Source: an uncultured Chloroflexia bacterium (GTDB lineage Bacteria > Chloroflexota > Anaerolineae > Promineifilales > UBA4811). From it: 64,000 nt of DNA. Shown in pieces: positions 9,203-16,524 of this stretch. Location of the stretch: positions 318,352 through 382,351 of the forward strand of contig CAVPPE010000003.1 in the NCBI GenBank assembly GCA_963707345.1, read 5' to 3'. Both the position numbers and the translations under genes were made by a program. Positions within the stretch are counted from its first letter, which is position 1, and the number at the start of each line of letters is the position of its first letter. Below the pieces are notes generated by a model that worked only from the letters and a program-made list of their open reading frames with translations, did not search any database and had not been told where the DNA came from.

Positions 9203-10186
9203 CTATTCGTTCTCCAGCGCGGCCGCCAGGAACGCCCCCAGTCTGGCGGTGTACTCGTCCGGCCGGGCGAAATAGCCGCCCCCGTGTCGCGCCTTGGTTA
9301 TCTCCCACAGCTCTTTGGGCTCGGCCGCGGCCTGATAGCAGCGTTGAGTCCAGCGCCGCTCTTGGCCCCGGCCGGTGGAGATCAGCAGGATGGGGCGCGG
9401 CGCGATCTGCCCGATGGTTGCCAAAATACCGGCCGGCGGCCGGGTGCCGTTCATCAGGGAGAGCAGGGCGTACGAAAGCCAGTTGAAGGGGAAGAATAGC
9501 AGGCGAAGCAGGTTGTCCGGCCGGCCGTGGTCCGCCAGGACCAGCGGCCCCGGCCCCTCGGCGATCACTGCCCGAATTGAGTCCGCCAGGGCCGCCGCCT
9601 GGAGCGCGGTGTTGGCACCCAGAGAGAGTCCCAGCACTGCAATCTTGTCCGGGTCCACGTCGCCACGGCTCTGCATATAGTCCACCGCACCCAGCAGGTC
9701 CTGCGGTTCCCGCCAGCCTTTGGTGCAGGTGTCACCTTCGCTGTTACCGTGGGCGCGCAGGTCGAATAGCAGCACCCCATGCCCATGAATCGCCACGGCC
9801 GTGGCGTGATAGATCATGTGGATAGCTCGACTGCCAAATCCATGCACCAGCACCACGGCCGAGCGCTTGCTTCCAGGCACGTACCAGCCAGACAACCGCA
9901 GCCTATCCCGGCCGGGGAATTCGACCGTTTCGAATGGCAGGTCCACGTCGGCCGGGGTGGTCCCGTGATATTGGGGATTGATTGGGGGATGGGTCAGCCG
10001 GTAGGCGGTGAGGACGGTCGAGGCCAGCAGGTAAACCGGGATGGAGCCCAGCAGGTAAACGTGCCACGGCCAGTTTGCCTGCCAGGTTACCATGGCTACC
10101 AGGACCACTGCGGCCAGGGTGCCCACCATGATGAGCCAGTTGCGGTAGAACCGCCAGCCGTGGCTGCGCAAGTGGATGATTCTCAT
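9203..10186 (-). CDS. Membrane-anchored alpha/beta hydrolase
   Basis: Two N-terminal hydrophobic helices, oxyanion-region VLVHGFGS, nucleophile elbow GLSLGAN (GxSxG). Confidence 0.75.
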   Translation of the reverse strand: MRIIHLRSHGWRFYRNWLIMVGTLAAVVLVAMVTWQANWPWHVYLLGSIPVYLLASTVLTAYRLTHPPINPQYHGTTPADVDLPFETVEFPGRDRLRLSGWYVPGSKRSAVVLVHGFGSRAIHMIYHATAVAIHGHGVLLFDLRAHGNSEGDTCTKGWREPQDLLGAVDYMQSRGDVDPDKIAVLGLSLGANTALQAAALADSIRAVIAEGPGPLVLADHGRPDNLLRLLFFPFNWLSYALLSLMNGTRPPAGILATIGQIAPRPILLISTGRGQERRWTQRCYQAAAEPKELWEITKARHGGGYFARPDEYTARLGAFLAAALENE

Positions 10187-10208
10187 GCCGACCGGGCCTC
10201 CTTGCTCA

Positions 10209-11153
10209 TCAATCTATCCGTTCTCTTTCCGGCCGCTGGATGAGGGAGATGAACGCTTCTTCCATCCGCGGCCGGGTGGGACGCAGGTCCCGGATCGCGA
10301 TGCCCTCTGTCGCCAGTGTAGCTTGAATTTCTCCAACCGTGCGGCCAGCATCGCCCACGAACACGCGCAACTGCTGGCCGTAGGTCTGCACCTCCAGCAC
10401 GCTATCCATTTTAGCCAGCGCTGCCTGTGCTCGGCACAGATCGGCCGGCCACAAAGCCAATAGCTCTCCGCGCACCAGCGATTTGATCCGCTCGGGTGTG
10501 TCGCAGATCACCAGCCGGCCGCGGTGCATCAGTCCCACCCGCGAGCAGCGTTCGGCCTCGTCCATGTAGGGGGTGCTGACCACCAGGGTCACCCCTTGCA
10601 GGTGCAGTTCGGTCAGGATATCCCAAAACTCGCGCCGGGAGACCGGGTCCACGCCGGTGGTCGGCTCGTCCAGAAAAATGATCTCCGGCGTGTGGATCAG
10701 CGTGCAGGCCAGCGCCAACTTTTTCTGCATCCCGCCTGAGAGGTGGGCGGCGCGCCGTTGCCGGAACTCGGTCAGCCGGCTAAAGCGCAGCAGTTGCTCA
10801 ATGCGGGCCTGTCGCGCAACCCCGGCCACCTCGAACACGTCCGCAAAAAAGTTGAGGTTTTCTTCCACTGACAGGTCTCGGTACAGGTTGAAGCGCTGTG
10901 CCATGTAGCCGATCCGCCGTTTGATGAACTCCGGCCGGGCAACCGTGTCGCATCCGAAAATCTCCGCCCGCCCGGCCGATGGATCCAGGATAGCTGCCAG
11001 CAAGCGGATGGTAGTGGTTTTCCCCGCGCCGTCCGGTCCCACCAGGCCAAAAATCTCACCGCGATGTATTGAAAGGTCCAGCCCGTCCACCGCCACCGCG
11101 TCTTTAAAGTGGCGTGCCAGTTGCCAGGTCTGGATGATGGGGCGGTCAGTCAC
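10209..11153 (-). CDS. ABC transporter ATP-binding protein (second ATPase of the operon)
   Basis: Walker A GPDGAGKTT, signature LSGGMQKKL, Walker B IIFLDEPTTGVD. The start overlaps the TetR stop by 8 nt. Confidence 0.9.
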   Translation of the reverse strand: MTDRPIIQTWQLARHFKDAVAVDGLDLSIHRGEIFGLVGPDGAGKTTTIRLLAAILDPSAGRAEIFGCDTVARPEFIKRRIGYMAQRFNLYRDLSVEENLNFFADVFEVAGVARQARIEQLLRFSRLTEFRQRRAAHLSGGMQKKLALACTLIHTPEIIFLDEPTTGVDPVSRREFWDILTELHLQGVTLVVSTPYMDEAERCSRVGLMHRGRLVICDTPERIKSLVRGELLALWPADLCRAQAALAKMDSVLEVQTYGQQLRVFVGDAGRTVGEIQATLATEGIAIRDLRPTRPRMEEAFISLIQRPERERID

Positions 11154-11754
11154 AAGCCACCCCCAGGCCGTTGAGTACCAGCGCTTCGGCCGCGTCGGTG
11201 ATCTCGCCCCAGTCGCGGGTCCACAGGCCGGTGGCGATGGCCAGCGCCAGCCCGTCGTACAGCGTCATCACCACCAGCGCCATCGCCTCCGGCGAGGCGA
11301 CGAAAAACTCTCCGCCGGATACCCCTTGCTGGATGATCTGCAGCATGATCTCCAGATACGGCCGGTAGAAATCGCGGATCAGCGCCTCTACCTCTTCGTC
11401 GTGGCGGGTGAGCGCCCAGGCTTCTATCATCACCCGAAAGAAAGGGACCAACTCTTCGAGTTCGCTGCGAAAGAGTGCCATGCTGGCGCGTAGCTTGTCA
11501 CTGGCGCAGGTGGACTCGTCGGCCGCAATCGTCTGCCAACTCTGTGCCATCTGGCCCATCATCTCCTGGAACAGCGCCAGGAAGAGCGCCTTTTTGCTGT
11601 CAAAATACCAGTACAGCGCCCCTTTGCTCAAGCCGCTCTCCTCGACGATGTCGTCCATCGTCGTCAGGTGGAAACCCTGCCGGCCGAAGCAGGTCAGGGC
11701 GGCCCGGAAGATCTGCTGCTTGCGCTCGGCCGAGACGTCTGGTTTGGGCGCCAT
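11146..11754 (-). CDS. TetR/AcrR family transcriptional regulator
   Basis: N-terminal HTH RKQQIFRAALTCFGRQGFHLTTMDDIVEESGLSKGALYWYFDSKKALF. I place the start at ATG 11754 (MAPKPD...), not at the longer track ORF start. Confidence 0.85.
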   Translation of the reverse strand: MAPKPDVSAERKQQIFRAALTCFGRQGFHLTTMDDIVEESGLSKGALYWYFDSKKALFLALFQEMMGQMAQSWQTIAADESTCASDKLRASMALFRSELEELVPFFRVMIEAWALTRHDEEVEALIRDFYRPYLEIMLQIIQQGVSGGEFFVASPEAMALVVMTLYDGLALAIATGLWTRDWGEITDAAEALVLNGLGVACD

Positions 11755-11755
11755 G

Positions 11756-12022
11756 TTACCCTTTGATCCGGCGCAGGACCCACAGCACGGCGGCCGCCAG
11801 CCCAATTGCGTCCCCGGCCGAGAGGGCCAGCTTGACCCAGCCGGTCAGGCCAATGGCCGGCGCAATGACCTGATAGGCCAGCACGGCCCAGATGGCCGCG
11901 GCGATGGTACCAGCGGCAATGTCTGCCGCCAGACCGTAGGGTGGTTGGCTCTTGAATGCCATCGGCAGCAGCCAGGTGATGAGGATACTGCCCACAACGG
12001 TAACCAGTAACAATACAACCAT
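11756..12022 (-). CDS. Small 3-TM membrane protein, GlsB/YeaQ/YmgE-like
   Basis: 88 aa with three hydrophobic helices and a basic C-terminus (VLRRIKG), like transglycosylase-associated stress proteins. GGAGGA Shine-Dalgarno lies 5 nt before the ATG. First gene of the operon. Confidence 0.5.
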   Translation of the reverse strand: MVVLLLVTVVGSILITWLLPMAFKSQPPYGLAADIAAGTIAAAIWAVLAYQVIAPAIGLTGWVKLALSAGDAIGLAAAVLWVLRRIKG

Positions 12023-12043
12023 TTTGTCCTCCGTTGCTCCTAT

Positions 12044-12067
12044 AACCGACTGACCGGTCAGTCAGTT
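12044..12067. promoter_or_regulatory. Candidate TetR operator: 24-bp palindrome with a perfect 16-bp core
   Basis: AACCGACTGACC|GGTCAGTCAGTT. The core GACTGACCGGTCAGTC is perfectly self-complementary, with one mismatch in the outer arms. It lies 22-45 nt upstream of the first gene of the TetR-containing operon. Confidence 0.5.
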
Positions 12068-12169
12068 ACAGTATAGCCCCGGTCAAGTGGGTTGTCAACC
12101 ACCTTGCAGCAGGCCCGCTAAACCGGTACAATCGGGCCCAGATGAACCACTGGAGGCAAGGGAGCAATC

Positions 12170-13252
12170 ATGGCAAAAGAGACGGTGGGATATGTGCATC
12201 TGGAGTGGACGTGCCCGAACTGCAATACCAGGAATCCCGGACCGCAAAAGCTGTGCAGTGGCTGCGGCGCGGCCCAACCGGCCGGTGTGCAATTCGAGCA
12301 AGCGGCGCAGGAAGCGCTGCTGACCGACCAGGCTGCGATTGAGAAGGCCAAAGCCGGGCCGGATGTGCACTGCAAGTTTTGCGGCGCCCGCAACCCGGCC
12401 GAGGCAGCGACCTGCAGCCGGTGTGGCGCTGATCTGGGGGAGGGGGCAGCGCGCGAGCGCGGCCGGGTGCTGGGCGCCCACCGCGACCGCCCGGCCGAGA
12501 TGATCCCATGCCGCGCGTGCGGCACGCCCAACGATCCATCGGCGCAGCACTGCAAAAACTGCGGCGCCAGCCTGGGCCGGGAAGAGCCCAAGCCCGCCCA
12601 ACCCGCTGCCCCGCTGGCGGCCGCCCGCAAGGGGATCAGCCCGGTCCTGCTGGGCCTGTTGGGCCTGGCCTGCATCGCTGCGCTGGTCATCTTTTTTGTG
12701 CTCTTTAACCGCACCGAGGGGGTCGTGGGCAGCGTGCGGGAGGTTGTCTGGACCCGCACGATATCGATTGAGGCTCTCCGGCCGGCAACCCATGAAGACT
12801 GGCGGGATGAAATCCCGGCCGGGGCCGAGGTGGGGACATGTCGGGAAGCGTTCCATCACGTGGAATCCGAGCCGGTGCCGGGTGCGGAAAAGATCTGCGG
12901 GACGCCGTACACGGTGGACCTGGGCAGCGGCTCGGGCGAGGTGGTGCAGGATTGCGAGTACCGGGTGTACGGTGACCTGTGCCAGTACACGCTGGATGAG
13001 TGGCAGCAGGTGGATGCGGTCACCCTCAGCGGAGACGACCTGTTCCCCGAATGGCCCACCTTTACCCTGGCGGCCGATGAGCGGGCGGGGCAGCGCGGCG
13101 AAGAGTATGGCGTGACCATTGCCACCGACGAGGGCGTTTACAGCTACGAGCCGCGCGACGCGGCCGACTATGCTCGCTTTGAGGTCGGCAGCCGTTGGAC
13201 GCTGGAGATCAACACCTTCAACCAGTTGATGTCCCTGGCTCCGGCCGACTGA
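12170..13252 (+). CDS. Triple zinc-ribbon membrane protein with a Cys-containing extracytoplasmic domain
   Basis: Three CxxC...CxxC ribbons (CPNC..CSGC, CKFC..CSRC, CRAC..CKNC), one TM (ISPVLLGLLGLACIAALVIFFVLF), then a ~170-aa ectodomain with 4 Cys. GGAGG-like SD (ggaggcaaggg) lies upstream. Confidence 0.7.
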   Translation: MAKETVGYVHLEWTCPNCNTRNPGPQKLCSGCGAAQPAGVQFEQAAQEALLTDQAAIEKAKAGPDVHCKFCGARNPAEAATCSRCGADLGEGAARERGRVLGAHRDRPAEMIPCRACGTPNDPSAQHCKNCGASLGREEPKPAQPAAPLAAARKGISPVLLGLLGLACIAALVIFFVLFNRTEGVVGSVREVVWTRTISIEALRPATHEDWRDEIPAGAEVGTCREAFHHVESEPVPGAEKICGTPYTVDLGSGSGEVVQDCEYRVYGDLCQYTLDEWQQVDAVTLSGDDLFPEWPTFTLAADERAGQRGEEYGVTIATDEGVYSYEPRDAADYARFEVGSRWTLEINTFNQLMSLAPAD

Positions 13253-13255
13253 CAG

Positions 13256-14254
13256 ATGCCCGCCAGACCATGTCTGCAAGTGATTGCCACCGGGGGGACG
13301 ATTGCCATGCGGATGGACCTGGCCACCGGCGGCGCTATTCCGGCCGTCACCGGCGCAGACCTGATTGCGGCCGTGCCAGAGTTGGCGCAAGTGGGGGAGA
13401 TCTGTGTGGAAGAGTTTGCCAACATCCCCAGCGAGCGGATGCGGCCGGAGATCTGGCTGGCGCTGGCGCGGCGGGTGAGGGAGTTGGCCGGGCAGGTGGA
13501 CGGCATTGTGGTTCTTCACGGCACCGACACGATGGAAGAGACCGCCTTTTATCTGGACGTGACGCTGGAGACGCCGACGCCGGTGGTGCTGACCGGCGCG
13601 CAACGGCCGGCCTCCGCACCGGATGCCGATGGCCCCGGCAATATCCTCGACGCCGCTATTGTGGCCGCCCATCCCAAGGCGCGCGGCCGGGGGGTGATGG
13701 TGGTGATGCACGGCGAGATTCACGCTGCCCGGCGAGCCACCAAATTCAACACAGAAGACGTGGATGCATTTGATTCCACCAGCCCGCCCGACCTGGGCTG
13801 GGTCCGCGCCGGCCGGGTTCACTTTTCCGGCGCCTGGCTGCCGCGGGTGCATGTCCCGTTCCCTGTCACTGCCCCGCGGGTGGACATCATCCCCATGTAC
13901 GCCGGGGCAGATGACGTCGCGCTGCGAGCGGCGCTGGCCAGGGGGGCGGCCGGGCTGGTCATCGAGGCGGTGGGCGCGGGCAACGTCAACGAGGAGCTTT
14001 TCCGGGGCATCCTGGACGCGCTGCGGGTTGGCGTGCCGGTGGTCATCTCCAGCCGGGTGCTGCATGGCGGCGTCCGGCCGCTCTACTCCTACGCCGGGGG
14101 CGGGGTCTCGCTGGCGCAGGCGGGGGCCATCCTGGCAGAAGACCTGAGCCCGCCCAAGGCCCGCGTGCTGCTGATTGCCGGGTTGGGCGCGGGCCTGTCC
14201 GGCTGGGGGCTGGCGGCGCTCTTTGATGCACCCGAGGCCCCGCAACCTCATTGA
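13256..14254 (+). CDS. L-asparaginase (bacterial type I/II family, no signal peptide)
   Basis: Signature IATGGTIAM with the nucleophile Thr, plus the second signature VVLHGTDTMEETAF. 332 aa. It starts 3 nt after the upstream stop. Confidence 0.85.
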   Translation: MPARPCLQVIATGGTIAMRMDLATGGAIPAVTGADLIAAVPELAQVGEICVEEFANIPSERMRPEIWLALARRVRELAGQVDGIVVLHGTDTMEETAFYLDVTLETPTPVVLTGAQRPASAPDADGPGNILDAAIVAAHPKARGRGVMVVMHGEIHAARRATKFNTEDVDAFDSTSPPDLGWVRAGRVHFSGAWLPRVHVPFPVTAPRVDIIPMYAGADDVALRAALARGAAGLVIEAVGAGNVNEELFRGILDALRVGVPVVISSRVLHGGVRPLYSYAGGGVSLAQAGAILAEDLSPPKARVLLIAGLGAGLSGWGLAALFDAPEAPQPH

Positions 14255-14279
14255 CCCACCCCGGCCGGTGTGCTAAAAT
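14251..14279 (+). promoter_or_regulatory. Sigma-70-like promoter with extended -10 (upstream of rsfS)
   Basis: TTGACC (14251-56), 17-nt spacer, TGcTAAAAT (TG 14271-72, -10 at 14274-79). Confidence 0.5.
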
Positions 14280-14304
14280 GTGCGTGACTACTCAGGCAAT
14301 CGAG

Positions 14305-14402
14305 TTTTTCGGGGGTGTGTGCGGGCGTGGGACATCCCGCCAACAGCGGGGCGGAGCGCCCGCACACACCCCCGCTTTCCCTACCCGGGCCCTTGGGCCG
14401 AA
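14305..14402 (+). repeat. Intergenic hairpin-plus-tail repeat element, copy A
   Basis: T5, then 17-bp perfect arms GGGGGTGTGTGCGGGCG (14311-27) / CGCCCGCACACACCCCC (14357-73). The tail is GCTTTCCCTACCCGGGCCCTTGGGCCGA. A near-identical arm core and tail recur at 55071-55138. Confidence 0.7.
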
Positions 14403-14453
14403 CAGTGACAAAGGTGCACGAATCTGGTACCGTGACAAATCAGGAGGTCGAGA

Positions 14454-14801
14454 CTGGAAGCGATTGAGCTTGCCCGGCATATTGTTCAGGTAATTGAGGA
14501 AAAGAAGGGAGAGGATATCCTGCTGCTGGATATCAGCCACATGGATACCTTTGCCGACTTTTTTGTTTTTTGTAGCGGCAACAGCGACCGGCAACTGGAT
14601 GCCTTACAAGAGAGCATCCTGGAATCGGCCAAAAAGAATTATCGGGCGATCCCATGGAGCAAAGAGGGGAGCGGGGATGCCGAGTGGTTGCTGCTGGACT
14701 ATAGCGATGTGATTGTCCACCTCTTTAGCCCGGCCAAGCGCTCTTTTTACAACCTGGAAGAGTTGTGGAAAGAGGGCAAGGTACTGCTGCACATCCAGTA
14801 G
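14454..14801 (+). CDS. rsfS: Ribosome silencing factor RsfS
   Basis: ...IVQVIEEKKGEDILLLDISHMDTFADFFVFCSGNSDRQLDALQESI...WLLLDYSDVIVHLFSPAKRSFYNLEELW is the RsfS/iojap pattern. The track ORF (14541) removes the conserved N-terminus. The in-frame stop is at 14433, so the start must be non-canonical, probably CTG 14454, which lies 6 nt after AGGAGG (14442-47). Confidence 0.8.
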   Translation: MEAIELARHIVQVIEEKKGEDILLLDISHMDTFADFFVFCSGNSDRQLDALQESILESAKKNYRAIPWSKEGSGDAEWLLLDYSDVIVHLFSPAKRSFYNLEELWKEGKVLLHIQ

Positions 14802-14898
14802 CGCCGGCCGGCGGGCCGTTTCATCGCCATCAATCGGGGGCCGGCCGCACAACTGGGCCAAAACTGTGATTCGCGTCATATCGGCCGGAGGCGGATTG

Positions 14899-14907
14899 TG
14901 CTAAACT
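14899..14907 (+). promoter_or_regulatory. Extended -10 element (TGcTAAACT) upstream of the Crp/Fnr gene
   Basis: GTGTGCTAAACT has the same context as the rsfS and SRPBCC promoters. There is no good -35, and it would give a very short leader to ATG 14921. Confidence 0.35.
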
Positions 14908-14920
14908 GTGTGCGCACGAG

Positions 14921-15616
14921 ATGGAAAAGTCTGTGATGGACGAAATGGCACTCATAAAGCAGATTCCACTGTTTGCCGATCTACCGCAGGAACAACTCCG
15001 GTCCCTGCTCGGCATGCTGGATCGGCGCAGCTACCGCAAAGGGCAGGTCATTCTGCGCGAGGGCGACGAGGGCGACAGCCTGTTTGTCATCGTCTCCGGC
15101 CGGGTGCGCATTTATACCTTCAGTGCCGACGGCCACGAGTTGTCCTATGGCATTTTCGGCGATGGCGACTTTTTTGGCGAGATGGCGCTGCTCACCGGCG
15201 ACCCGCGCTCTGCCAACGCCGAGGCGATGGAGTGGACCGAGGTGCTGGTGTTGCGCCGCAGCGCCTTCCGCGAACACCTGCTCTGCAACCCGTCCACAGC
15301 CATCCGCGTCATCGAAACGTTGAGCGCCCGCCTGCGGGAGACCAACGCCAGCGTGGAGGAGCTGATCTCGCTCAACGTGACCCAGCGCGTGGCCCGCAAA
15401 CTGCTGGACCTGGCGGACCGGTACGGCGTGGCGGGGCCGGAAGGGGTGCTGATCGATCTGGACCTTTCGCAAGAGGCAATTGCCAGCCTGGTTGGGACGA
15501 CCCGTGAAAGCACCAACCGCGCGCTCAGCCAGATGCGCAGCCAGGGAATCCTGGACCTGGAACGGGTCCGCATTCGCGTGCTCCGGCCGGAAGCGCTCCG
15601 CTCTCTGTTGAACTAA
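14921..15616 (+). CDS. Crp/Fnr family transcriptional regulator
   Basis: cNMP-binding fold (FFGEMALLTGDPRSANAEA) plus a C-terminal HTH (SQEAIASLVGTTRESTNRALSQM). Confidence 0.85.
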   Translation: MEKSVMDEMALIKQIPLFADLPQEQLRSLLGMLDRRSYRKGQVILREGDEGDSLFVIVSGRVRIYTFSADGHELSYGIFGDGDFFGEMALLTGDPRSANAEAMEWTEVLVLRRSAFREHLLCNPSTAIRVIETLSARLRETNASVEELISLNVTQRVARKLLDLADRYGVAGPEGVLIDLDLSQEAIASLVGTTRESTNRALSQMRSQGILDLERVRIRVLRPEALRSLLN

Positions 15617-15688
15617 CCCACCGGCTATCCGGAAACTGAGCGTCCATTTGGCCTCCAGGCACCACGCCGGAGGGTAGGCTTCGGCCTC

Positions 15689-15707
15689 CCAGGTGACGGT
15701 CACCTGG
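15689..15707. promoter_or_regulatory. Perfect 19-bp palindrome CCAGGTGAC-G-GTCACCTGG (candidate operator)
   Basis: 9-bp arms around a single central base. It lies 73 nt after the Crp-family stop and 21 nt before the DUF3307-like start. A 1-nt loop makes a DNA-binding site more likely than an RNA hairpin. Confidence 0.4.
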
Positions 15708-15727
15708 ATTGAGCGGGAGGTGGAACG

Positions 15728-16387
15728 ATGTTTTACCGCTTGTTGTTGGCTCATCTGGTAGGGGATTTTGTGTTGCAGACCCGCTGGCTGGTGCTGTGCA
15801 AGCGCCGGCCGGATGGCCTGGCGCTGCACGTTGGGCTGGTCGGCCTGGCGATGGTGCCGGTGGTCTGGGGCCAACTGGACCGCTGGTGGCCCTGGCTGCT
15901 GGGGATTGTGCTGGTCCACGCCGCGGCCGATTGGGCCAAGATCAAGCTGGAACCGCGCCTGGGTCTGCCGCCCATCGTTCCGTTCCTGGCAGATCAGGCG
16001 GTCCATCTGCTGGCGCTGGCGGGGGCGGTTGCGCTGGCGGAGCCGGCCGGGCTGGAGCTGTCGCTCGACTCGGTGGAGCCGGTCTGGCTGGTGGCCTGCG
16101 CCTACGTGGCAGCGACCTATGCGCTGTCCATCGCGCTGCCGCTGTGGCTGGACCCGCCCAACCTGATGCGCCGGCCGCTGGCTGCGCGGATGGTGCTGAT
16201 CCTGGCAGCGGCCGGGGCGCTGACGCTGGCCTGGCGCGGATTCCCGTTGCTGGTCCCGCTGCTGGCGCTGGGGCTGTACCAGTGGGTCGCGCGCCGCTTT
16301 GGTCGGCAGGCGGTCTCCACCACCTTTCCGGTTGAGCTGTTGAGCGCGGTGGTGGTGGCGGCCGCGCTGGGCTGGGGGTTGGCGTAG
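15728..16387 (+). CDS. DUF3307-like integral membrane protein
   Basis: N-terminus LLLAHLVGDFVLQTRWL is typical of DUF3307. 219 aa, polytopic. GGGAGGTGG SD lies upstream. Confidence 0.6.
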   Translation: MFYRLLLAHLVGDFVLQTRWLVLCKRRPDGLALHVGLVGLAMVPVVWGQLDRWWPWLLGIVLVHAAADWAKIKLEPRLGLPPIVPFLADQAVHLLALAGAVALAEPAGLELSLDSVEPVWLVACAYVAATYALSIALPLWLDPPNLMRRPLAARMVLILAAAGALTLAWRGFPLLVPLLALGLYQWVARRFGRQAVSTTFPVELLSAVVVAAALGWGLA

Positions 16388-16445
16388 GGTGCGGGTGATG
16401 ACATTCATCAGCAGCTGGGTCAGCGGACCTTGATTGCGGGGTTGT

Positions 16446-16474
16446 TTGTTTGCCCGGCCGCGGTGTGCTAGAAT
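16446..16474 (+). promoter_or_regulatory. Promoter candidate with extended -10 (TGcTAGAAT)
   Basis: TTGTTT (16446-51), 17 nt, TGcTAGAAT (-10 at 16469-74), in the same GTGTGCTA context as at 14270 and 14897. Confidence 0.35.
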
Positions 16475-16524
16475 GCAAGCCGTTGTCATTTGTGGCGTGG
16501 CTGTGGTTTGGGAGCGAGGGCGCA

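Noticed and set aside
8474-9499. 341-aa plus-strand ORF
   Set aside because: It is antisense to the CDP-alcohol transferase-like and hydrolase genes. It has no motifs and atypical composition.
12095-14251. 718-aa ORF on the minus strand
   Set aside because: It is antisense to the zinc-ribbon and L-asparaginase genes, which carry clear motifs. Its translation is Arg/Gly/Pro/Ala/His-rich with no motifs, which is the usual stop-poor shadow frame of GC-rich DNA.
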